Source of the DNA: Podarcis cretensis
Taxonomy: Eukaryota
Assembly (NCBI GenBank): GCA_951804945.1
Contig: OX638149.1
Span: 23,622,001 to 23,686,000 of the forward strand
Direction of reading: 5' to 3'
DNA: 64,000 bases
Made by a program: the position numbers and the translations under genes
Part shown: positions 10,401-22,300 of the stretch, piece after piece
Layout of the letters: each line of letters opens with the position of its first letter
Position numbering within the stretch: position 1 is the stretch's first letter
The notes under the pieces: generated by a model
What the model was told of the DNA's origin: nothing
Seen by the model: the letters and a program-made list of their open reading frames with translations, nothing else
Database searches by the model: none

Positions 10401-13400
10401 AGCATAGAGAAGACAAAGGAAAAACACGGAGCGGGGGGGAATCAAAAGTGTCCTGAATACCGGAGGGGAGTAGCTCTGATGCTGGGAGTTGTCTATAAAT
10501 GCCCAATGTGCTCTTGGGATGGGGAAGGGCGGAGTTAAAATCCTAGAATCGTAGCGTTGGAAAGGGCCCCCCAAAAGTCATCTGCTGCGACCCACTGCAA
10601 TGCAGGATTCTCAGTTAAAGCATCCAGAATGACAGAGTCAAGGGTATCAATATGTACTTTATTTTTATTTATTTTTGGCAAAGGGTGTTTAAGGAGAAAT
10701 CACAGGGTTAAAGCTGACCGAAAGTCCAGAGGTAGTATTGTCAATTGATGTACTGTGGGGTGGAAGGTTCACAGGCCAGGAAGGACTTCCTCACAAATTT
10801 GTTGGCAGCTGCCCGAGTTATTGTAAATAGGAAGGAGCAAGGTGAGTGTAAAATGGAAGAATGGTATAAAGAGGTGTGGGATATAGCTATTAATGGTAAA
10901 CTGGCATGTACTATTAAGGTAAGATGGGGAATATGCAGGAGAAATGATTTCGAGGAGATGTGGAAGGTGTTTGTAGGTTTTGTACTGTTAAAACAGAAAG
11001 GGGTCAGACCATCGCAAGTGGTGTTGAAATTTTGGGAGGTTGGGTAGTTACAGTGGAATGGTCTCGGGGGTGGGGTGCACATCTTTATTTTTATTTTATT
11101 TATTACTACTGTATTACTTTGTCAAAAAAAAACTTTTTTAAAAAAATGACAGTTAAGGTTAGATGACAGTTCCTGGGATTCACAGTTGGGGAAGAGTGCT
11201 GCCATGCTTAGTTCCCACTTTCTGGTTTCCCACAGGTGTAACCAGTGTGAGAACAGGATGCTAGACTAGATGGGCCTTTGGTCTGATTCATCAGGGCTTT
11301 TCTCATGTGGAGGCAAGGTAGCAGAGTCAGATCGAGAGCTTATGAAAAGGTGGGGAGGATTGTTTTGAGTTGGAGCTACAAATGTTGAAATAAAGTATCT
11401 TGCCCATCCCATCCAAAAATACACAAGGCCACAAACAATGTAAACAAATTGAAACAATAACAAATACAAAACAAGCAAACTGTTAAAAGTGCCTTTTCTT
11501 TTTTAAAAAAAGCATACTTTGGACAAAAAGGAGTAGAAGAATAAATTTTCATAAAACAGTATATTGAAAGGAAACGTCTTGACTGCTCACCAGAAAGCAC
11601 ACAGGAATGGGAGCTGGTGAAGTTCTTTTGGTATGATGTTGCACTGTTTGGGCACCTCCACAGAAACATGAACTTGCACCCAACAGGTTAGATATTGGGG
11701 GTTGGGGGAAATGACATTATTGTGATAGGGGAGGACAGTATTGGTCAAAAATACAATGAGGATATTTCAGAAAACTTTTAAAACTGGGACCGTTCATGAA
11801 GAACATCACAAAACAGCAGTCAACCATGGAGATCATAAAGGAACAGTGTGGGACACCTGGCAGAAAACAATAAGAAATGCCTTTGATATTGTGCTGTTTG
11901 CTGGTGTCATGGGCTTTAAAGATCTAAATTGCGGTAGTTTCTTTTCTAAAAGCATCAAGTGTAAAATGGGCTACCTGTAGATCAGGGATGGGGAATCTGT
12001 AACCTTCCAGGCCCTTCTGGTCTCCAGCTGCCATCATCCTAGCCAGCATGGGTTGTGGGAGTAGTGGGGAAACAGTGGGTCATCTGGAAGGCTTTCTGTC
12101 CTAAACCACGATTAAGATTTACCACTGTTTTGAGTTCACACTTGACAACTGCCCAAGGCAAATTACATTTTTAATGACAGGTGGAATTTGTGGATCAAGT
12201 GAAGATAATGTATATGTCACTGGCAAAAAAAATCTGTATTTCTGGCAGAGCTTTGTCCCTTTTAGCATTTGGTTTTCAATTGTTCGTTCTATAAATATTG
12301 CTGTACCTGGGCAATCTTAGAAAGCACACCACTAATATAAACTTCATAGGAAGTTGTACATGAATTACAAACATGTAATACAAACATGCTTTCCATAAAA
12401 GGTTTGTACCAATTTTTAATATTGTGATGGTTAGTAACATGCAACTTGAGTGTAGTTTTCTTTGTTGGTTGATTTAATCTCCAGTTGGCTTTGTTTCATT
12501 TAGAATAGTGTGTTTTAGAAAATTTAAGCAACTTTTTTCATTCCACAACTAAGCAATTTAAATTGTCAAGAGCTTTGGAGAACAGGTGGCATATGAAAAA
12601 GGAGGACAGCAAAAATATTTTTGGTCTAATAACTATTGTACATCGTTATGTTTATGCCTATCTTTCTCTTGTTAGAAATGCATATACACTCAATTGCAAA
12701 AGAAAGATGATGTCACATAAGACATTTTTCACTGTGTACACTCAGAAGGCAAAGTTCAGCCGTCGTGTTAAAGGTCTATATACTGTGACTGTTCTATCAA
12801 GTATTCAATAATAGTGGGATTCCAGAGATTATCCATTATTCCAAGAGGGTGTTGTGAAAAGAGCAAAGTATTTCAGTTGCCTAGAACTTTTAGAACATAA
12901 TATTTTTAGGCAGTTTCTGGAAGATACATTTGAATTTAAAACATGTAGTGACTTTATTGAATATCAAGTTTTTAAGTAAGTTTTCAAGCATCTGTATCTA
13001 TGTCCTTTTTACCTACCAGTGACATAGAATTTTAAAGATTGAGAGCATATTTACCAAATGCACCAATAAAATATTCCAGCACTATCCCTACTTGCATTAT
13101 GCTTTATTATACACAGTCACTATATCATAAGGGAAGCAAAATCGTTTCTAAGGATCAGAATTTCATATTCCGAGGAGAATATGGTTTACACATAATCTCT
13201 GAGATTTATGTAGGTAAGAAACAATTATAGTGGAGTCAACCTTCCTGTGTTGTTGTTTTTTGAAAAAGTGGTTAAATATCCAAAATATGGTCGGTGCATT
13301 ATATGTTTGTTTCCATTTTAAATCCAACACACATGAATTCTAAAATGTTGTGTTATTATTTTTCATTGACTCTCAGGGACTAATACAGTACTGACGTAGT

Positions 13401-16400
13401 AATAATAATAATAATAATAAATTTTATTTATATCCCGCCCTCCCCAGCCGAAGCTGGGCTCAGGGCGGCTAACAACAATCAAAATAGTCCAACATTCTAA
13501 AAACATTCATTATAAAATTAATTAAAATCAAATTGATGGCAACAATTAAGCAAAATTTTGTGCAGATTGCCAGAGGAGGGGGTCAGGCTGCGCCCTGACC
13601 AAAGGCCTGGTGGAACAGCTCTGTCTTGCAGGCCCTGCAGAAAGATGTCATGCCCCGCAGAGCCCTAGTCTCTTGTGACAGAGCTTCCCACCAGATTGGA
13701 GCCACGGCCAAGAAAGCCCTGGCTCTAGTTGAGGCCAGCCTAACCTCTCTGTGGCCTGGGATCTTCAGGATGTTTTTATTTGCAGACCGTAAATTTCTCT
13801 GTGGGACATACCAGGAGAGGCGGTCCCGTAGGTACGAGGGTCCTAGGCCGTATAGGGCTTTAAAGGTAAAAACCAGCACCTTAAACCTGATCCTGTACTC
13901 CACCGGGAGCCAGTGCAGCTGGTATAGTACTGGATGAATATGACCTCGCAGCGAAGACCCGATAAGGAGTCTTGCCGCGGCATTCTGCACCCGCTGGAGT
14001 TTCTGGGTCAGTCTCAAGGGCAGCCCCACGTAGAGCGAGTTACAATAATCCAGTCTGGAGGTGGAGGCAGTAGTAGTTTAGTCTAAGAAATCCTTTTAAA
14101 TATTCTACCTTCAATTGACACTTTTTAATATATTGCCACTAAACCTATCCACATACATATACTGTTGTGAGAATTGATTTCATCTGTATTCCCTTCTCCA
14201 TTCCTTTCAGGTTCTGCAGCAGACTTTCCTGTATCCAGCTCCAGTCTACAGGATGTAGAAAATATTCATGGAACATTGAGATCAGAGGTAAAAAAGTAAT
14301 CTGAAAAAAATAACACCTGTTCTTAAGCTTGGACTTCTTGGCATATTTTCAGTACAGTAAAATGTTGGTTTAATTGGATTTAGGATTCTTTTCTTTGATG
14401 ATTCAGTTTACTTGTTTCCCCTTTAGAATGAGAGGCTGAAGAAGGCTTATAATGATCTGGAAGAAAAGCATGAAGCAGCAGAGCTTCAAATAAAGCAACA
14501 GTCCATAGAATACCGGAATCAGCTACAACAGAAAGAGGTATAAAGTGACACAGAAATTGTTGTTCAGCAAGGGTGTGTACATTGATTGATTGATTGATTG
14601 ATTGACACAAAATCCTTGAATCAACTGTCACCAACCCTTAGGGTGAAAACTTATAAATCTAAAGTTTTCACCCTAAGGGTTGGTGACAGTTGATTCAAGG
14701 ATTTTGTGTGTATGTGCGCACTACTGTTTCTTTTATTGAACTATAATATCAATGGCTTTTTGTCTGAGTTAAGCTGCACTGGCTACCGACAATTTGCTTA
14801 CCCAGTCGAATTTTTGTCACTAAACAAATAGGGATAATTGTTGATTCAGCTCTTCATATACTTCTTGAATTGTTTCAGTGTGGTTGGTGGAATTTCAATG
14901 AAGGACTAAAACACAGAAATACGTTATGAATGTCATTTTTTGTTTGCCCTAATCCCAGAGTAGTTTTCCTTCTCCAGGAGACAGTAGCATAGCATAAACC
15001 CTTATCTTAATCAAGAATGCTGTTCCCACGATAGCAGATATATATGTAAACACCCATTCTCTCTTTTAAGGCGGAAGAATTACCCTTCATTCTACAGCCA
15101 TCCACATGGATGCATTGTGTTATGAGCATGATGGATGGGGATGAATCCTTCTGTTCCTCCCCCACAGATACAAGATCGCTGCCCAGATCAGCATCTGAAC
15201 AAGATCTGTATGAAAAACGTGCTTGTGCAATACCTGTAGTATATCAAGTAGAAAATTCCAGTCATACCTTGGGTTGCGAACGTGATCCATGCGGGAGGCA
15301 CATTTGCAACCCGCAGCGCTGTGTCTGCGCACGTGTGTGATGTGATTCGGCTCTTCTGCGCATGCACATGGCATCATTTTGTGTTTCTGCGCATGCGTGA
15401 GCGCTGAAACCCGGAAGTAATTCTGGTATTTCTGGGTTCGGCGTGGTCCACAGCCCGAAGACACACAACCCGCAGCGTTCGTAACCCGAGGTATGACTGT
15501 ACTTGAAAGCCGCAGTGTAGAGCTTCTGGTCAAGAAATACTTTGTATGATCAATTTGATACCACTTGCAACCACTGAGTTACATGAGAAAGTTCTTTCCT
15601 GCTTTATTACATGTACAAACTCTGAAGTCTTCTGCTCAGGTGGGAACACTTTTATCAGGTGATAGGTAAATTCTGAGATTATTTGTTCCTTCGTGCTGAA
15701 TCTTACTTGTAACTGGGTCCTGTCTTTTTAGGTGGAGATCAGCCATCTTAAAGCCAGGCAGAATACACTACAGGAGCAACTGCGGAAGGTGCAGTCAGCT
15801 GCTCAGTCAGCACAGTTAGGAGCTGCTGCCTCTCCATCAACCACTCCATCAGCTTCCTTTGTCCCTATGGTTAGACATAGTTCTTCTGGTTTTCAAGGAG
15901 ATGACATGGACTTCGGAGATGTAATCTGGTCCCAACAAGAAATAAACAGATTATCAAATGAAGTTTCTAGGCTTGAATCAGAAGTGGATCATTGGAAACA
16001 GATTGCACAGGTGGATCACTTTCCTGTGTTACAAGTGTTCTGAATTTATAACACTTTTTGAGTTAACTGGTAATAAAGCCCATGCTACAGTCTCTATTGG
16101 GGTGGAAGATTTGTCAGGAATTAGATAACTATTCTGGGGTTTTCCGTTAAATGAGATATTGTTGACTTCCTTATTTCTAAAACTGGGTAATCCTTATTAA
16201 TATATATTATTACATGAATGGCATAAGCGTGGTGACAGTGTTCAACTTTCTCTTACAAACCATGGAGTGCAAAGCTCTTCAAGATTGTGGTGGAACTACG
16301 TTTAGCCTTGAATGCTTGGGTTGTAAAGCTCTGAAAAGCACACACTTGCTTGATTCAAGCTCTCAGGTGTTGTGGCTTGATGTTTGTGACATGTCAAAGT

Positions 16401-17138
16401 GGATAGACATGTACTGTATGTCAACTTTGAATCCTACGTATGCATCTTTGTTCTTTTGACAAAAGGGATCCAAAGCTGATCCGTTATATGTATTTATTGA
16501 AGACATTTTTTAAAGAAATATAAATATGAATATCGATATTTTCTCAAAAGTATAATGCTGTTTTAGTATGTATTGCTTTCGAATATCAGTGCTTTTTTCT
16601 GATCTTACCTCTCTTCCTTAGAAATATGTGGTATATTATTGGCTGAGAGATGTTAACATTTAAGCTGATAAATAATAGACTAAACTATGATTTGAATGTA
16701 GATTCTTTTGGCATTCTGTTCACTGGATTACATTGAATTATAGAATTACCCTATTTTTTAATCTTATGCTTGGGTTTAATTCAGCTCAGTCATACTCTGA
16801 TTATCATAGAATGGTAGAGTTGGAAGGGACCCCAAAGGTCACCTGGTTCAACCCCTTGCAATGCGTGAATCTCAGCTAAAGCATCCATGACAGATGGCCA
16901 TCCAGCATTAGACCCATTTAAATCAATGGACGGCTAAACTCTAAACTCTAAAATTTTACAATCTAAAAAACTTATGACTGATTTTTGTGTTGCTTCTACT
17001 ACATGCAATTTTCCAAACATTTAGTAGGTGGTATCCGTTGGTAACATTCTTCTTGCACAATGGACTCCCTCTTGTACAAATGACACTTTCCTTCCCTCCC
17101 CTACTCCATGGAGCCCTCCATGTGCCTGGTGGGATTTC

Positions 17139-17191
<53 letters not shown>

Positions 17192-19353
17192 TATTTATAT
17201 CCATCCAGCCTCTCTGGGTGGCTTCCAACAAAATATTAAAAACACAATAAGACATTAAAACATTAAAAACGTCCCTAAACAGGGCTGCCCTCACATGTCT
17301 TCTAAAAGTGAGGTAGTTGTTTATTTCCCTGACATCTGAGGGCATTCCACAGGGTGGGCTTACCCAAATGGGATTTCCCATTTCAAACATTTAGTAGGTC
17401 CCCATTCTCCATCTGCAGCCTCCCACATTCTCCCAAAATCTGCTGCGGATCCCATACATTCTAGCTGAACATCTTTCAGCATTTTCAAAACTAAAAGTTT
17501 TCTCCCTGTTATTTAGTTTTCCAAACCAGAAGGAGCAAATAATACAGATCAGAATGAAATCGGCAAGCTGCAAAATATTATCAAGGTAAGACTATATTTT
17601 AATATATTAGTTCTCCTCTTGCTTTACATTTTCTGTTAATCCTCTTTGTTTGTAAATATTCACATAAAACAAGATATTCACATCCTTAACTATGGACAAA
17701 CTACCATTAAAGGTGAGGATGACTATAAATACTGATAGATTTGTGGTAGAGAAATTATCTGAGTGAATTAAAACAAGATGTTGTGTTGTTTCTTACAAGT
17801 AAACTGTGTTGTTATATTGTATATATAGATAACGATATAGATATAAAATGTGTACCATGCCCAAGTCTTCAGAAGTCTTGCATGAACTATTGCTCACATT
17901 AAAAATACAAGACATAATCTGCATCCTATATCTTAGACAGATGGTATAACTTTCTTTAAAATGCACATTTTAGGAGCTAAAACAGAACTTGAGTCAAGAA
18001 ATAGATGAGCATCAACACGAGCTTTCAGTATTACAGGATGCACATCGTCATAAATTAGCAGAAATAAGCCGACGTCATCGAGAAGAACTGGGTGAATACG
18101 AGGAACGAATAGAAGAACTTGAGGATCAATTACAGAAAGGTCTTGTTTATTGGTTTGATGGGAGTTTTAAAATGAATTGTTGATAATCTATTGTCATTGA
18201 TTCCAGCTCTTGAGAGAACCAAATATGTATGGCATTCAAGAATACTCTTTATGGTTGCACTGTGTATGACAATTTGCACAGTTATTGGCCTTGGTGCATT
18301 TAAATAGGTTGTAAGAACCAATCGAAAGTTCAGAAGAAATTATAATGATGGCTTCCTAGGTATCCTACACTGACTTTTCTGTCTAGATACCGTACCTAAC
18401 CAAGTCTGTGATGGTTTAGGGATCAGTTTTGCCGAGAGGTGGAAAAATTGTTCTCACACACTCCTTATTTATTCAATGTGACATTTAACTCTGGATACAG
18501 GTTGGGTGTGATGCTGGCCATAGAGAATGTAAGATAAAAAATGTGCAGCCTGATTCTGTTCATGTTTACTTGGAAGTAAGTCCCACAAAGTTTAGTGTGG
18601 TTTACCCCTCCATCAGCATGCCTAGGCTTACTGTCTTAGAACCTAGATTCCAACGATACAGTAATATACGCATGACAGGATGGAATAAGTTCAGCATCTG
18701 TACTAGCTAAATACCATTTTTACACACACACACACACTCTTTTTAGCATCTGTATTAGAAAAAAGTCATTTTTAAAGTTACCTACATCCAAGTCTGTACA
18801 TTCAGCAGCCACAAAAATCACATAATGACTAGTTTCACAGACACAGTGCAGTTCATCTTTGAACACACCCTTTGAACACACCCTTTCTACCTAGCAGGCT
18901 CCAAAAGCGTTGGAAGTAGATCTTGGAAATTCCTGTTTCAGACATCTTTAGGGACTTGATCTAACATGTTAGTAAAGCAGAAGCTTCTCAGTCTTTTTAA
19001 AAGTGATTAATAAGAACTTTGTCATTGTTTTATGCTTTGCCTGTCAGCGTCAGTGCCAATTTTTACTATTCTTACATAAAGCCAACAGCTTAGGACTAAC
19101 TCGACTGCTTCCATATGTAGAGCTGGTACTTCTATAGGTGCCACATAATATTAATTCTGCACTTGTGAGAAATAGATCTTTTAGGAATCAGAATAACTAC
19201 TCAATTGTAATTGAGCTATGAATGCCAACCAGCGTTAATTAAACCTTTGATTTTTATAATTTATTTTTGACGACATATCTGCTGGAGAAAAAACTGATTT
19301 TTCACAGGTTGAAAATACCTGCTATTCCAAAATTATTGTGTTGGATCCAAAGT

Positions 19354-19395
<42 letters not shown>

Positions 19396-22300
19396 GGGGC
19401 TCATAGAAGGAGTCTTCCCTGCCCCCCCACAGCGCCCCCTGAAATTGTTCCACTAATGGTCAGTGGGTTATTGGGTTTTCCCAAGTCCCCTCTACCACAG
19501 CTTACCTCCTTCTGTATGGCCCCTCCAGTCTTTGATGAAGCATTTTCTGGTGCCTGGTGGTGTAGGAAAGAAAGGCAGACAAGTTTCATGTTTTCATTTA
19601 CACTGATCTCCTCTCCAATACCTTTACTTGATATTTCTTGCTGCTTGCTGCTTTCCTTATAGAATCTTTATAAAAATTTAAATCTCTTAAATCCTATACC
19701 AATCTTTAACAATTTCAATTAATCCCTTTACCTCCCTCCCCCACAGCTCAGTACTTTCCTCCACCTGTGTGTGATCTTCTTTACCTACTATTATTTTTGT
19801 TATTGTTGTGTTACTCACGTTATTTGTTATTCCATCCTTAATATATTATTATCCTATCTCCTTTCTCCTTTTAAACTTTTGCATATTAATTTTTAAGCTC
19901 CAGCACTGAATTTTTTAATGTATTCCTTAACGCATTCCCACTCTTTATTAATTTTTAATTAATTGGTTTTGTTACATATGATTTTATTTTGGAGTTGTTT
20001 GTTGTAAAGAATGTATATTATGTGAATAAAATAATAAAGGATGTGCAAAAAAAATAAAAAATAAAAGATAGGCAGACAAGTTGACTTTTGTCAGCCCCAT
20101 TATGCATGTTTTGACTCGGGGCCCAACCCATTTCTTTGGCACTTAGATCTTGTGATTGCTATGGGAAAATGCCCTATTTCTGGGAGATGTTACAGTTGCG
20201 TTTTTTTCTACTTTATAGTTGGTGCAGCAGCTGACACTTCTTCTGAATGTGACCCACAGAACATTGTGGCTGAATCGACAGCATCGCAGCTGAAGGACTT
20301 GCAGGATAAAGTCAAAAGTTTAAGTCAACAACTGTCAGCAGCGGCAGAAGAGAAAAATATTCTCTTGAAAGAACTTGAATTGGTGAAAATGGAGAAGAGT
20401 CAACTAATGCAGGAATATGAAAGACTCAAATCTGATTCCCATAAATTCCAGGCATCTCTTCTTGAAGAACAGACTGATTTAAAAACACAGGTGGAAGTCC
20501 CTAAGTCTGCAGTAGAATCGCTCCAAGCAGAAGTGCTCCGACTACAGCAAGCACTTCTTGGTATGAAGCCACTGTAATGTTGTGTCTAATTTTATCATGT
20601 GCATATAGTTTTAGGACAAACTTGAAATGCACTTCAAAGAGACATATCAAGAAAGTGCTTCTTTATGTGAAGATGGGGGTGGGATTTGGCCATTTTCTCT
20701 TCCAGCAGTGTCTTCTCATTTAATGCTACTCCAAAATTCCCCTTGACCTTCAGGAATAAGGCTGCTGCCTGGGAAGGAAAGCTGAGGAGTCTGGTTCCTG
20801 GCCTAAGTGTATGAAAATGAATGCCTCTAAGAATATACCGTATTTTTCACCCTATAAGGCGCACTGGCCCATAGGACGCACCTCGGTTTTTTTGGGGGGG
20901 GGAATGAATAAAAAAATTATTCCCCCCCCCCAGCCGCAGGGCCGGGGCGGGGGAAGCCCGAGCTTCCCCCGACCCCAGCCCCCAGAATAGGCTGCTATCC
21001 GCAAGCCTTGCGAGCCCGGCGGCAACTCCCACCGGGCGCGCAAGGCTTGCGGACACTTGCCCGAAGCACGGGGCGTCCTCCGGAGGGCGCCCCGTGCTTC
21101 GGGCTGCAGGCTGCCTCCCGCAAGCCTTGCGAGCCCGCGGGAACTCCGGAGGGCGCCCTGTGCTCCAGGCTGCAGGAACTCCCGCCGGGCTTGCAAGGCT
21201 TGCGAATAGCTTCCTGAAACCTGGAGAGCGAGAGGGGTCGGTGCGCACCGACGCCTCTTGCTCTCCAGGCTTCAGCAAAAGCCTGCATTCGCTCCATAGG
21301 ACACACACACATTTCCCCTTCATTTTTGGAGGGGGGAAAAGTGCGTCCTATAGGGCGAAAAATACGGTACATATTAGAGATGTGTATGTTGTTATACTGA
21401 AATTCATTTGGCTGCCTTGGTTTCTAGCTTATTTCTGAGTGGCTGTCACAGAAATGATGAGTGATAGAAAATAAATTCACAGTAATTACACAATTATTTT
21501 TAATGTTAGCTTTTTTTGTATTAACTTGGTAGTATGTAAAATTCCAAAATTATATCTTAGCAATTATAACATTAGGTGTTGCCTTTGTATTCTTGTATAC
21601 TTTCCTCTAAAAATAATAGCTGTTGTTTTTTATTGTTTTTACAGATGCAGAAAATGAAATAACAAGACTAAAAAAGTCAAATCAGGTAAACAAATTACTA
21701 AATTCTCATGCTTTTACAAATAACCTTGCATAGTAAGTGCTCCAACAGCCACACATGCCCCTTGTTGCTCACTTCTGTTTTAATGCTACTGAGAAACAGA
21801 TAAATGTGAACCCAAATTTTGTGAATACCAAGAGGTTGCTGCAGTTTCTCCCATCTCTGTCAGCACATAGTAGTATACTATGTCCTCAGTGGTACCCTGA
21901 TGGAGAGAGTATAATATCACAGTATCTTCAGACCTTACCAAACAATAAATTGACCAGACAAGGCAAGTTAGTAAGTATTTATGTACATGCCTTCCCTGAT
22001 TTAACATTTGCATCCCCTTAAAAAAGGGCATCTCATGCTTCCAGAATGTTGTAATTTTTGCAATTCCATAAATTCAGAACTATGTTTATTTCCTAAAGCT
22101 ATGTATGAATTGCAAATATACTTAAATCTTTTAATGTTATAAAAGTGGTTTATTCAATATGAAATTTGTGCCCAGGCATGGGGTTGTTTCCTAAGCTTCT
22201 GTTACAAACTGGAGAGGAATAACATACCGTATTTTTCGCCCTATAGGACACACTTTATCCCCTCCAAAAATGCCCCGCCCGCTGGACAGACATCGGCCAG

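Noticed and set aside
20847-21438. Cluster of 69-158 aa ORFs on both strands
   Set aside because: They arise from the GC-rich palindromic MITE interior; no transposase or other domain.
21453-21540. ATGATGA box-C-like motifs in introns (also ~23268) as possible snoRNAs
   Set aside because: No suitably placed CTGA box D with a terminal stem.
21923-21970. 48-nt open segment ([16 protein letters not shown]) with AG and GTAAGT as a substitute exon 9
   Set aside because: Poor polypyrimidine tract and no resemblance to the human exon 9 peptide; cannot be supported without RNA data.
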